Of a stretch of 41,536 bases of DNA, positions 27,228 through 36,939 are shown piece after piece (within the stretch, counting starts at the first letter, position 1; each line of letters opens with the position of its first letter). The translations under genes and the position numbers were made by a program. The DNA is taken from positions 1 to 41,536 of IMG/VR virus record IMGVR_UViG_3300025738_000008. One strand, given 5' to 3'. A model generated the notes under the pieces. That model was not told where the DNA came from. It ran no database searches and saw nothing but the letters and a program-made list of their open reading frames with translations. The stretch comes from a virus (taxonomy: Duplodnaviria > Caudoviricetes).

Positions 27228-28200
27228 ATCCGATATTATTACCACGCCTACTTTCGAAGTGCTTTTAGAAAGTGTTAAGTCTGATGTTTTATCGTATTTA
27301 GAAAAAGTAGCACCAAATGATGCAGTTGCAGTTCGTGAAACATTTGAAAACGAGGCTGAACTGCTCACTAAATTTACAGAAGCATTTACAGTTATTCTGC
27401 AGAGTCACTTTCGCCAGATGAACGCACAAGCGCAACAAATGTTTGGTATGTACGCAACTGATAATGCGATGGTTGATTTGATAGCCAGCCAGCTTGGTGT
27501 TGAACGCCAAATATTGGCACCTGGCGATATTAATGCGTTTCCTGCTGTACCAGCTGAAATGGAAAGTAATGAATCATTGCTAACCCGTTATTATCTTGCA
27601 GCATATGCACTTGCCAGCACCGGAACTCGCGCTGGTTATCGTTTTCATGCAATGACGTTAGGTGGTAGACCAGCTGTAAAAGTTGAGAGTCCAAAAGCTA
27701 ACAAGGTTGTTGTGACGTATGAATTTACTGAGCATGATAATGCTGGCTTAACTAAAGATGCACAAGCTCGTCAAGTCACGCCTGGCGTTGTCGATTGCTT
27801 TATCCTGACCCACGCTGAGAACGGCATGCCAGAGCAATCCCTGATTGATGCTACGCAAGAATACTTGGAGCGTGATGATATTGCTCAAGAGACTGACTTG
27901 ATAACGGTTAAACCGCCATTAATTCAAAATTGGGCATGTAAAGCTCAGCTTTATATTAGACCCGGACCCGATTCAGATGTGATTAAGTTAGCTGCTGAAA
28001 AAGCAGTTAAAGAGTATGCAGCGAGACAGCATAGGCTTGGTGGAAGTATTGAACCATCGATGCTCTATAGTGTGCTGCTAAAGGCAACTAGTGCGCATCG
28101 GGGTGACATAATCCAACCAGCTCAGCCGCTGCGCTGCGCATACAGCGAGGCACCTCATCTTGAGTCAGTCAAAATTACCATCTTTACTGAGAACGTATAG
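27196..28200 (+). CDS. Baseplate protein (P2 gpJ-like)
   Basis: MESNESLLTR, STGTRAGYRFHA, HRLGGSI. Confidence 0.85.
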   Translation: MFFPHQNPLPKSDIITTPTFEVLLESVKSDVLSYLEKVAPNDAVAVRETFENEAELLTKFTEAFTVILQSHFRQMNAQAQQMFGMYATDNAMVDLIASQLGVERQILAPGDINAFPAVPAEMESNESLLTRYYLAAYALASTGTRAGYRFHAMTLGGRPAVKVESPKANKVVVTYEFTEHDNAGLTKDAQARQVTPGVVDCFILTHAENGMPEQSLIDATQEYLERDDIAQETDLITVKPPLIQNWACKAQLYIRPGPDSDVIKLAAEKAVKEYAARQHRLGGSIEPSMLYSVLLKATSAHRGDIIQPAQPLRCAYSEAPHLESVKITIFTENV

Positions 28201-28942
28201 TGTATTACCAGACAATAGGAGTCCACTAGAGAGGGCGCTAGAGTTATCTCTTAGTGAACAGCTTTACGCTAGCTCTCATCACTATCCTCAACTGCTAGAT
28301 GCTTTGCATACTGATATTGATGTCGTTCCTTACCTGGCTGCTGAGCGTCAATTACCCGTCTGGGACACACAAGACTGCGATGATGTTAAACGAAATTCGG
28401 TAGACAATGCTTGGAAAGTGCGCAAATTAAGTGGCACACGGGCTGGCTTAATGCTAGCACTCAATTCCTTCGGATTTAAAAGCACTATAACCCCTTGGCA
28501 TAAAATGTCGCCAACCGGAACACCTTATCAGCTAGAAATTGTTGCGTGGGAAAAAGACAGTAAACCAATTGATGGGGCTAACGCTAAAAAATTACTAGCG
28601 TATATAGAAGACACACAATCAGAGCGTGATGATGTTGAACTTTCTTTGATGTTTTGTGTTGAAACAAGTGCAAGTTTGGCTGGTGCAAGAGCACCGGTTA
28701 TTAATGTAAATAACACGTCTAGTACAGCTGAAATTTGGTCAGCCCCAAATCCTCAGCTGTCATTATCGATAACGGCTGCTATACCGCCATCAATAAACAT
28801 TCAACCGTTGAAATTAAAGGCCGTTGTTCCTGTGATAAAGGGCATTGGTCAAATGGGCATTTCAGTAGTAGCCACACATTATAGTTTTACGGTTTCACCC
28901 GTTAGTGCGAAAGCCGTTTTAAAAGGTAAAGAGAATGACTGA
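28160..28942 (+). CDS. Tail protein (P2 gpI-like)
   Basis: SVLPDNRSPLERAL, PYLAAER, SGTRAG. Confidence 0.82.
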   Translation: MSQSKLPSLLRTYSVLPDNRSPLERALELSLSEQLYASSHHYPQLLDALHTDIDVVPYLAAERQLPVWDTQDCDDVKRNSVDNAWKVRKLSGTRAGLMLALNSFGFKSTITPWHKMSPTGTPYQLEIVAWEKDSKPIDGANAKKLLAYIEDTQSERDDVELSLMFCVETSASLAGARAPVINVNNTSSTAEIWSAPNPQLSLSITAAIPPSINIQPLKLKAVVPVIKGIGQMGISVVATHYSFTVSPVSAKAVLKGKEND

Positions 28943-29465
28943 CGAATTAAAATTAGTGATAACCCGACAAGGCTTAGAAGAATGTATTAGTGCTAAATCG
29001 AAAGGGATTAATTTAAATCTGAAGTGGGTATCAGCTGGAGACAACGCGTACATTCCTAACCCAGAGCAAACTGAGTTAGGCAATGAGCTTCAACGAGTAG
29101 AATTTGGTGAGTATAAAGACCAAGGGAATAACCAGCTCCAGGCAGTTGCTAAATTCAGTGGGCCTCTAGAATATCCTGTCAAAGAATTAGGATTTTGGCT
29201 TGAAACGGGCACTTTACTAGGTGTTATTTCTAAGCCAGGAACAACGTTGAACTATAAAGCTAAAAATGGGCATTGTATTCAACCGTTCACGTTAGACCTG
29301 AGCTCGCTACCTAGTGATACCGTCAATGTTGTTGTTGGTATTGAAAACCTCAACATTTTAATTGATGAAGAATTTATTAAAATGGCAATTGCTCAGATTG
29401 ATACAATGGGTAGACAAATTATGCAAGAGATTCGCTTGCTTGATTTGGAAGTAAAACGTAGTTAA
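28935..29465 (+). CDS. Tail collar/fibre N-terminal protein
   Basis: VITRQG, QTELGNE, VKELGFWLETGTLLGV. Confidence 0.78.
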   Translation: MTDELKLVITRQGLEECISAKSKGINLNLKWVSAGDNAYIPNPEQTELGNELQRVEFGEYKDQGNNQLQAVAKFSGPLEYPVKELGFWLETGTLLGVISKPGTTLNYKAKNGHCIQPFTLDLSSLPSDTVNVVVGIENLNILIDEEFIKMAIAQIDTMGRQIMQEIRLLDLEVKRS

Positions 29466-29607
29466 AGATTTTCACCCAGAGTTAAAACCTCTTGTTATGC
29501 GTAATATTTTTTACTTTTCAGCAATTCTTAAAACGAGAGATATCACATAATAAAACGCTGTTTTGATAACAGTAAAATTTTAATTAATGACGTATAAGGA
29601 GAACTTT

Positions 29608-30336
29608 ATGTCGACAACTGTTGCTGCGGATTTAATCGAATCAGTTAATAAGGTGACTAAAACGGTCACGGAAACCTTGGGTAATATTAATAGCGCTGTT
29701 GCAAAATCTTCACAAGAATTTGAAGAGTGGAAAGATTCAATAAGAGCAAACAATATTGAAGGAGAAAGTCTTTACATTACAGAAGTTTACGTAGATGGCG
29801 ACAAGGATACGTTTTATCCAGTTATATTCAGAATGCCTGACAGTAAGGAAACAACAATTGAAATATACCGCCACTACGCTTGGAATAGTGAAGGCAGTGA
29901 CTTTAATGCAACACACGTTGCATCAGCATTGGTTATATTAAAAGGACAATCGTACCCATGGTCTGGAGACGCTAATTATCTTAGAACTATAGTTAATTAT
30001 CAGCGCTATAGAAAGTGTGTAGGGCATGTTGCTTTTTCAGCATGGGCTAAGGTAGAGAAGAAGGACCAACTTGGTCCAGATAGTGTTTATAATAAACCGC
30101 AGACAGGTTTTACTTGCCGAAGTCTTTCATCTTTTATGCTTCGAGGAGGAAAATTAAAATATAATATTTATTCGAATCATCCGATAGAATTCCGACTTTT
30201 AAAAGACGGTGAACTTATATATGAGCATGGTAGCCAAAAGGTGAACGTAAAATATTTAGCTAAAACGGTTATTCTCGAAGATTTTATTTCTGGAGACTCA
30301 AATAATAACCATGGAACAACGTACATCGGATATTAA
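29608..30336 (+). CDS. Putative tail fibre/receptor-binding protein
   Basis: AAGGAG RBS; coiled N-terminus plus globular head (GDKDTFYPV, LRGG); precedes a fibre chaperone. Confidence 0.6.
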   Translation: MSTTVAADLIESVNKVTKTVTETLGNINSAVAKSSQEFEEWKDSIRANNIEGESLYITEVYVDGDKDTFYPVIFRMPDSKETTIEIYRHYAWNSEGSDFNATHVASALVILKGQSYPWSGDANYLRTIVNYQRYRKCVGHVAFSAWAKVEKKDQLGPDSVYNKPQTGFTCRSLSSFMLRGGKLKYNIYSNHPIEFRLLKDGELIYEHGSQKVNVKYLAKTVILEDFISGDSNNNHGTTYIGY

Positions 30337-30374
30337 ACTCCATAACCAAAAACATCGTAATTATAGGTCGTGTA

Positions 30375-30689
30375 ATGATTGAAGAATTAAATTGTCGTGG
30401 TGAAGTATTAATTAATGTACCCGCTGATAAAAAGCAGCTTCTGGAATTAGGATTATCAGAATCCGAAGCAGATACAGAGCTCGAAGCTCATCAAACTAAA
30501 AAAGAACTAGATAAAATTCGTGTATATCGTGATCCTCTTTTAGTTGATGCTGACTATAGTGTAAATATTGCATTGGACAAAGGCATAAGCATTGAATCGT
30601 TACGTGCGTATCGTCAAGCGTTGAGAGATATTACCGATAACTATCAAGTTTTTTCTGATGTAGTGTGGCCTGAAAAACCAACTTTATAA
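30375..30689 (+). CDS. Tail fibre assembly chaperone
   Basis: IRVYRDPLL...AYRQALRDIT...VVWPEKP. Confidence 0.8.
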   Translation: MIEELNCRGEVLINVPADKKQLLELGLSESEADTELEAHQTKKELDKIRVYRDPLLVDADYSVNIALDKGISIESLRAYRQALRDITDNYQVFSDVVWPEKPTL

Positions 30690-30690
30690 C

Positions 30691-30714
30691 AACCGCCCAT
30701 ACGGCGGTTTTTTT
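30691..30714 (+). terminator. Rho-independent terminator
   Basis: AACCGCC-catac-GGCGGTT plus T-run. Confidence 0.8.
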
Positions 30715-30763
30715 ATATCTAATTCCCAGCTCTTATGCTGGTTTTTTGTATTTGGAGGCTTAA

Positions 30764-30976
30764 ATGGCAACATCAAAGATAGTTAACCCACGCCAAGAAT
30801 ATACGGTGTTGGTACCTTATCAATGCCCTAACCATAAGCATTGGCATAAAAAAGATGAAGTAGTTGATCTGTTACCGTGTGAAGCTGATTTTTTACTTTT
30901 ATCAGGCAAAATAAAAATGGCTACAGTGAAAAAGGTTCCGGCGGTGGCAAACAAACAAGGAGAGGGCAATGCCTGA
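30764..30976 (+). CDS. Hypothetical virion-operon protein
   Basis: GGAGG RBS; precedes sheath. Confidence 0.7.
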   Translation: MATSKIVNPRQEYTVLVPYQCPNHKHWHKKDEVVDLLPCEADFLLLSGKIKMATVKKVPAVANKQGEGNA

Positions 30977-32138
30977 TATAGCATCATTTGTGCACAACGG
31001 TATTAGTGTTGAGCGACATCCTGCTCCACCACCTATGGGGCCGTTAGGTAGTATTGTATTAGGTGCAGTGGGAACAGCGCCAGATGCAGACCCTGCATTA
31101 CCTAAAAACAGTCCAATCCGCATCGCTAATCTTGGTGCTGCTGCCAAGCTTGATATAAAAGGGACAGAGCGCGGTACGTTATGGCGCACGTGTTATGAAC
31201 TTTTTCGTTTAGTTGCAGTGCCTGTTTATGTCGTCATTGTTGATGAAGGTGCTGATGTAGCTGAAACAATAAATAATGTGATCGGAAAAATTGATGCTAC
31301 AACAGGTCAACGATTGGGTATTCAAGCGTTAGCTGATTGTATGGAAATACCAACTCACATTGCAGCGCCAGGGTTTAATACTAAACCGGTTGCTGATTCA
31401 CTTGCAGCTATGGGTAAGCGTCTATTTGCTGTGCCAGTAGGTGATGGTCCGAACACTAACGACCAAGCAGCAGTGGACTACTCGAAGAGTTTAGGCGGTG
31501 AAGGTACCGGCTATGAATCATTTTATATGGTTGATCCTCAAGTGGCAGTATACAGCCATGCAGCTAAGGGTAACGTTTACTTTTCAGCAGCCGCTATTGC
31601 GTTGTCATGCTTTGCCCGTGTTAAAGCGTGGGAAAGCCCTGCTAAGGGTGGCATGGGTGCGTTGATTGATGGCACTGCGCGTACGATTGATTACAACATC
31701 ATGGACAAAGCCACCAATGGCGACTTGTTGAACCGTCATGGCGTGTCGTATTTTGCGCGCACGTCAATGGGCGGTTTTTCACTAATTGGTAACCGTTGCG
31801 TAATGGGACGTTTTGTTTCTCAGGTTGGTCTTGAACACGCAATTATTCGCAAGTTAGCAAAAACAGCGCAACGTGTAATGGCTCGAAACCTGAGCAAATC
31901 GCTGATGGAACAAGAGATCACCAAGCTGAATGTATGGCTTAAATCTCTGCAGGCTGATGAAACCATCATGGGTGCTCAGGTATATCTGCATCCAACGCTT
32001 AATAATGTCGAAAATTATCGCAATGGCGAATGGCACATTGCGATCAAATATCATGGCTACGCACCAAACGAGCACATGGTTTATCACTTAATTGAAGATG
32101 TCGGCATCGTCGAATCATTTCTTGAAGGAATTTTATAA
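30969..32138 (+). CDS. Contractile tail sheath protein (P2 FI-like)
   Basis: FVHNGI, GAVGTAPDAD, IAAPGF, GNR. Confidence 0.92.
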   Translation: MPDIASFVHNGISVERHPAPPPMGPLGSIVLGAVGTAPDADPALPKNSPIRIANLGAAAKLDIKGTERGTLWRTCYELFRLVAVPVYVVIVDEGADVAETINNVIGKIDATTGQRLGIQALADCMEIPTHIAAPGFNTKPVADSLAAMGKRLFAVPVGDGPNTNDQAAVDYSKSLGGEGTGYESFYMVDPQVAVYSHAAKGNVYFSAAAIALSCFARVKAWESPAKGGMGALIDGTARTIDYNIMDKATNGDLLNRHGVSYFARTSMGGFSLIGNRCVMGRFVSQVGLEHAIIRKLAKTAQRVMARNLSKSLMEQEITKLNVWLKSLQADETIMGAQVYLHPTLNNVENYRNGEWHIAIKYHGYAPNEHMVYHLIEDVGIVESFLEGIL

Positions 32139-32644
32139 TGGCAGGACAACGCTCACGCATCACCCGACAGGGAATTATCAACGGTCAGCCGCTAGTGAAA
32201 GAACTGGATGAGTTTACGCCACCCGAAATAAAAAAAACAATGCAAGAGACGCGTGGTGGATCTTTTATACCAGGTGAAATCATGGTCGGTCTGGAAAAGA
32301 TGAATTGCAAGTTTAAAGTCAAAGGAGCCAACCAAGAATTACTTGCGGCTTTCGGTCTTTCTGCAGGTGAACTTTGTCAAACTGATGTTAAAGAATCCCA
32401 TGAAGATGAAGATGGTAACAAGTTTGCGATTGCTTACAGTGTGACTGGGGAAATCATTTCGGTCACTGAGTCAGTCAGTAAAATGGGCGAACTTCCTGAT
32501 GTTGAATTTGAGATGGCTGTTAGTGCGTATAAAAAAACGGAAAGCGGTAAAGTTGTCTATGACATTGACCGCAATGCACAAATCCTTAACTTAGGTGCTG
32601 GTGACTTAATGGCAGAACATCGCCGTAACATTGGTATGCCTTAA
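32138..32644 (+). CDS. Tail tube protein (P2 FII-like)
   Basis: EFTPPEI...RGG...GLEKM, HRRNIG end. Confidence 0.9.
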   Translation: MAGQRSRITRQGIINGQPLVKELDEFTPPEIKKTMQETRGGSFIPGEIMVGLEKMNCKFKVKGANQELLAAFGLSAGELCQTDVKESHEDEDGNKFAIAYSVTGEIISVTESVSKMGELPDVEFEMAVSAYKKTESGKVVYDIDRNAQILNLGAGDLMAEHRRNIGMP

Positions 32645-32683
32645 TCGTTATTTTTTAATATTTCTCTGAGTAGCTACAGGTTT

Positions 32684-32714
32684 GCCTCAATCATATTGAT
32701 TGGGGCTTTTTTTT
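32684..32714 (+). terminator. Terminator after tail tube gene
   Basis: GCCTCAATCA-tat-TGATTGGGGC plus T-run. Confidence 0.75.
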
Positions 32715-32728
32715 AGGAGTTCAAAACT

Positions 32729-33400
32729 ATGTTTCAGAAAACGCATTCGCTTAACTGGCCGATTGACGATGATAAGAGCCAATCAGTAAGCTCAATTGTA
32801 ATGAAAACGCTGACTATGGGTCAGCACCGTGAAATAAGCAAGAAACACAAAGGTAAAGAAACAGACTTACTACGTGCTTGTATAAGTAAAAGTACTGGTT
32901 TAAGCCTGACAGAAATTAAGCGTCTTATTACGCCAGATTTCAATAGTATTCAAGACCAGGTATTGGAGTTAATGAATTCAACTGCTCAGCCTCTTATTGA
33001 AGAACGCATTGAGCGCGAAGTTGAAGCATTAAATGAAACCCTGCAGTCATTAGTAAGTTCAGAAGCGCCGGAACATGAAATTGACAAGATTAGATTACGA
33101 ATAGCTGGAACTGTTTATCTCCCTGCTTCACCAATATTACTGATCAGATTCATGGGTGACGATGGTCAAGATAAAAGAGGATACAAGTTGCGTCCGCCTA
33201 CCGTGGCCATCACTGACTTAATGGAAGCGCATGACGGTGATTGGGACCGTACGTTATTTATTAGCGCCAGTTGCACTGGATTTAGTCGTGACGAACTAGA
33301 ACGAATGAGCTTGCCAGATTGGAACCAGCTGCAGGAACGTTTAATCGATTTTTTGCAAAAACCGGCGGACTTCTTTCGCCGCGAGACGTCGAAGTCTTAA
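32729..33400 (+). CDS. Tail assembly chaperone (gpE-like, tandem domains)
   Basis: Between tube and tape measure; two TGxSxxExxxL/MxxPD repeats. Confidence 0.8.
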   Translation: MFQKTHSLNWPIDDDKSQSVSSIVMKTLTMGQHREISKKHKGKETDLLRACISKSTGLSLTEIKRLITPDFNSIQDQVLELMNSTAQPLIEERIEREVEALNETLQSLVSSEAPEHEIDKIRLRIAGTVYLPASPILLIRFMGDDGQDKRGYKLRPPTVAITDLMEAHDGDWDRTLFISASCTGFSRDELERMSLPDWNQLQERLIDFLQKPADFFRRETSKS

Positions 33401-33519
33401 CTGATGTGATCCCGTTGGTTTATCACGTAAACCCAAGCGAAATATTGGACTGGCGTATTGATGAAGCAATGCGTCGTTATCATCTTGCTGCGGTAAAGTT
33501 GGGTATTAAGCAGAGGTAA
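33349..33519 (+). CDS. -1 frameshift extension of the tail chaperone (gpE+E'-like)
   Basis: Slippery T-TTT-TTG at 33349-33355; -1 frame reads ...IPLVYHVNPSEILDWRIDEAMRRY. Confidence 0.75.
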   Translation, partial: FFAKTGGLLSPRDVEVLTDVIPLVYHVNPSEILDWRIDEAMRRYHLAAVKLGIKQR

Positions 33520-33522
33520 GTA

Positions 33523-36357
33523 GTGGCGAATAAAATTTCACTTTTACTCTCAGCAGCAAACAATATTAGTAGCCCTACTGAAGCGGCTACTAAGAGTGTT
33601 GGAGAGTTGAAAACGGCTGTCTCGGAAACGAATAGTAGTTTAAAAGGTTTAAATACTCAGCAGCGGATGGTGACTCGATTTAAAGGGTTATCTGAACAGC
33701 TTAGTGTCACTAAACAAAAATTATCAGGTGTTAAGTCTGAGGTCGCTCGTCTTCAAGCTGCTGAAGTAAGTGCTGGCAAGGTTGTTAAACAGCATACTGC
33801 AACATTGAAAAATGCAGAGAAAGCTGTATTAGAAATGGCTGAAGCTCACGGTGTTGAATCAGAGCAAGTGATTGCAGCACGTAAAGAAGTCGTAAGGTTA
33901 ACTAAAGAAAAATCTGCAGCTGAGCGCGCACTGAAAAAAGAGCGAACAGCGCTAAAATTAGCCGAACGTTCATCTGAACAGTTAACATCTAGTTATAGTA
34001 AACAGTCTAAAGAGCTTGGCGGTTTACGTCGTGACATGGGTGCCGCAGGCTTAAATGCCAAAGCACTTGGTGCAGAAGAATTACGACTTGCAAAAAAGAC
34101 AAAGCAGGCAAACAGTGCGCTAGATCAACAAGCGGCAAAACTTAAAAATGTACAAACCATTCAAAACAGAATGGCAGCGCGTAAAGCGCAAAAAGGCGAG
34201 CTGGTAGGACAGGCCATTGGTGTTGCAGCACAAGCGGCTCCACTTGTTATGGCTGGTAAACGTGCTGTTGAGTATGAAAATACGTTTGCTGATGTGAAAA
34301 AAGTGGTTAACTTCTCTAATCAAAAAGAAGAAACCGAATATCGCACAAGAATGATGAAGTTAGCTGGTGAGCTAGGTGTTAAGCAAGACGGTATCGCAGA
34401 CATTGTGACTGCAGCTGGTCAATCAGGTATTGAAAAAACTGAGTTATTAGCGTTTGCTGGCTCAGCAACAAAGATGTCAGTAGCGTGGGATGTATCTGCA
34501 GAAGCTGCAGGTTCGACGTTAGCAACATGGCGTGCATCGATGGGATTGACGCAGAAAAAAGCGTTAGATTTAGCTGATGCGACGAATTACCTTAGCAACA
34601 ATATGAATGCTAAAGCAAAAGATATTGCTGCTGTAATGGTTCGTCAAGGCGCTGATGCCATGGGTGCTGGCTTTAGTTATAACGATACTGCAGCACTTTC
34701 TGCAAGCTTAATTGCGGGCGGTGCTACTGAAGAAACAGCTGCTACCGCGTTAAGGAACATTGCTAGTACGTTAACAGCAGGATATTCAGCAACAGGCAGT
34801 CAAAAAAAGTCCCTAGATAAACTTGGTTTAGATCCTCAAGATCTTGCGTCATCAATGCAAAAAGATGCGCAAAGTACGTTAACGGAAGTTTTACGTGCGC
34901 TACAAGATGTATCTGCAGAAAAACGTGGCGCAGTCATCTCTCAGTTATTCGGTAAGGAAATTCAAAGTGCTGTTTCCAAGTTAGTGCTGACGATAGACGA
35001 CCCTAAAAATGGTTTATTATCTGCATTTGGAAAAGTAGCAAAAGAGATTGACCGCGCAGGAAGTGTGGATGATGAATATGCTAATCGAGCTAAAACGCGT
35101 AGCCATAAATTAGCGCAATTATCAGCTAAGTTTGACCGCATGACAATTGCATTAGGTGATAGATTACTACCTGTTATTGATGCTGTTGTTCCGCCATTAA
35201 TGACGGTTGTTGATGGTATTGCTAATTTAGCTGAAGATTCACCGATGTTGGCAACAGGCCTTATGGGGGTTGTTGGTGCAATGACGGCAGTTAAAGCGGG
35301 TGCTATCGCATTCAAATTGGCTAAACTGGCTGTGGGTAACGGTGCAGACCGTTTTAAACTAGGTAAATCAAAATTATCTGGTTCAACTGACCAAACGACA
35401 ACGAGTGCAAATCGAGCAGCGAAAGCGCTTGATAGAATGAACCGCAAACTTGGTGAGCTAGGTTCTGGCAGTAGAAGTAGTCGTGGTCGTGGCGAAAGTA
35501 GAACTAGAAGTAAACGCAAGCGAGGACGAACGCGTTCAAGAGGTAGTATTGGTCGTTTAGTTGGTGGTATTAGTGATTTCTTTGATGGAGGTTTAGCGCT
35601 AGAACCGGCAATGGCTGGTTTTTCATCACCTAGTTCAAAATCTGAATCTCGCCGTTTAAAAGGTGGTAAATATGGGCGCTTAGCTGCGTTAATTGGCGGA
35701 GGTACAGCATTATCAATGTTTTCCGCAAGTGCAAGTGCTGGAGAGCTCGCCAGTTCAGGTGCTGCGATAGCTGGTACAGCAAGTGATATATTTGGCGGTA
35801 TTAGCGGTGGTGGTGCGATGTTAAAAGGTGCGGGTAAAATGTTTAGACCGTTAGACATTGCATTATCTGGAGCAGCTTTAACCTCAGCTATTTCTAATGG
35901 TGATAACCAACAAATAGGTAAAACAGCCGGTGATATGGTCGGCGGTTTAAGTGGCGCTGGAGCTGGTGCGTTGTTGGGAGCAGGAATTGGCTCAGTGGTA
36001 CCTATTGTTGGTACAGCAATAGGGGGATTAATAGGTTCAATCCTTGGTGGTTTAGGTGGTGGCGCTGTAGGTGAATGGGCTGGCGGTAAAATAGCAAGTT
36101 GGTTTAGTGAAGATAAAACATCGCGTCCTGCCCCAGCGTCTATTGCTGATAAAGCGAAGCAACTGCAGCAAGTGAATAAACAAATTACTTTTTCACCCGT
36201 TATCCAAATCACGCCGTCGGGTAACCCGTCATATGATCGTGATGTTGGTAGCGAGTTACTCGAGCGAATGAAAGTGGATCTTAGTCCAATGTTACTAGGT
36301 AATGCAGACGTTTCGTCTCGATCGGACGGCAGTTTGTCAGACAGGAGTGATACATGA
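33523..36357 (+). CDS. Tail tape measure protein
   Basis: 944 aa, Ala/Gly-rich; FADVKKVV, AAGQSG, NYLSNN core. Confidence 0.92.
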   Translation: MANKISLLLSAANNISSPTEAATKSVGELKTAVSETNSSLKGLNTQQRMVTRFKGLSEQLSVTKQKLSGVKSEVARLQAAEVSAGKVVKQHTATLKNAEKAVLEMAEAHGVESEQVIAARKEVVRLTKEKSAAERALKKERTALKLAERSSEQLTSSYSKQSKELGGLRRDMGAAGLNAKALGAEELRLAKKTKQANSALDQQAAKLKNVQTIQNRMAARKAQKGELVGQAIGVAAQAAPLVMAGKRAVEYENTFADVKKVVNFSNQKEETEYRTRMMKLAGELGVKQDGIADIVTAAGQSGIEKTELLAFAGSATKMSVAWDVSAEAAGSTLATWRASMGLTQKKALDLADATNYLSNNMNAKAKDIAAVMVRQGADAMGAGFSYNDTAALSASLIAGGATEETAATALRNIASTLTAGYSATGSQKKSLDKLGLDPQDLASSMQKDAQSTLTEVLRALQDVSAEKRGAVISQLFGKEIQSAVSKLVLTIDDPKNGLLSAFGKVAKEIDRAGSVDDEYANRAKTRSHKLAQLSAKFDRMTIALGDRLLPVIDAVVPPLMTVVDGIANLAEDSPMLATGLMGVVGAMTAVKAGAIAFKLAKLAVGNGADRFKLGKSKLSGSTDQTTTSANRAAKALDRMNRKLGELGSGSRSSRGRGESRTRSKRKRGRTRSRGSIGRLVGGISDFFDGGLALEPAMAGFSSPSSKSESRRLKGGKYGRLAALIGGGTALSMFSASASAGELASSGAAIAGTASDIFGGISGGGAMLKGAGKMFRPLDIALSGAALTSAISNGDNQQIGKTAGDMVGGLSGAGAGALLGAGIGSVVPIVGTAIGGLIGSILGGLGGGAVGEWAGGKIASWFSEDKTSRPAPASIADKAKQLQQVNKQITFSPVIQITPSGNPSYDRDVGSELLERMKVDLSPMLLGNADVSSRSDGSLSDRSDT

Positions 36358-36746
36358 GACAAATGATGTCGCTAGGTGGGTTTGTTTGGTCACTTAGTGA
36401 AGGCACTCCTTATGAAGGGCTTTCTCGAACAAGTGACGGAGGTTGGGTAACTGTGCCTCGATACTCTCAAAAACCGATTAGTCAAAACACAGGCCAACAG
36501 TTAGAAAATATCAACATAACTGGCACCTGGTTTCGCGGCGAGGGTATGGCTAATATAAGCAAACTCAGAGCCTTACAGGCTAAGCGGAAACCATTAGTAC
36601 TAACCGATGGCTATGGTAATAATCTCGGATTATGGGTCATAAAAAAGCTGGAAGAAAAACAGGAACGCATAATTGATGATGGTACCGCTTTTGTGCTTGG
36701 TTTTACTATTGACTTAGAGGAGTACGCAGGTGAGAACAGTTCGTAG
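36354..36746 (+). CDS. Tail protein (P2 gpU-like)
   Basis: MMSLGGFVWS, LVLTDGYG...GLWVI. Confidence 0.85.
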   Translation: MRQMMSLGGFVWSLSEGTPYEGLSRTSDGGWVTVPRYSQKPISQNTGQQLENINITGTWFRGEGMANISKLRALQAKRKPLVLTDGYGNNLGLWVIKKLEEKQERIIDDGTAFVLGFTIDLEEYAGENSS

Positions 36747-36939
36747 TCGAGACGGTGATTCAGTTTCCTTACTGATTTGGTTAGCGTTGAAAGTTGATGA
36801 TGATAATACTGAGGAAGCGTTATATAAATTAAACCCGGGGCTAGAGGAATACGGCCCCGTTTTACCTGCAGGGATTGAGATAGTGTTACCTGAACTATCT
36901 CCACCAGAACCAGCTAAGGTCGTAAATATATGGGATTAA
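36730..36939 (+). CDS. Tail protein X (P2 gpX-like)
   Basis: DGDSV...NPGL...LPAG...LP...IWD. Confidence 0.88.
   Translation: MRTVRSRDGDSVSLLIWLALKVDDDNTEEALYKLNPGLEEYGPVLPAGIEIVLPELSPPEPAKVVNIWD

Noticed and set aside
34962-36362. 466-aa minus-strand ORF
   Set aside because: Antisense shadow of the Gly/Ala-rich tape measure gene; Pro-rich mirror composition and no recognisable domain.
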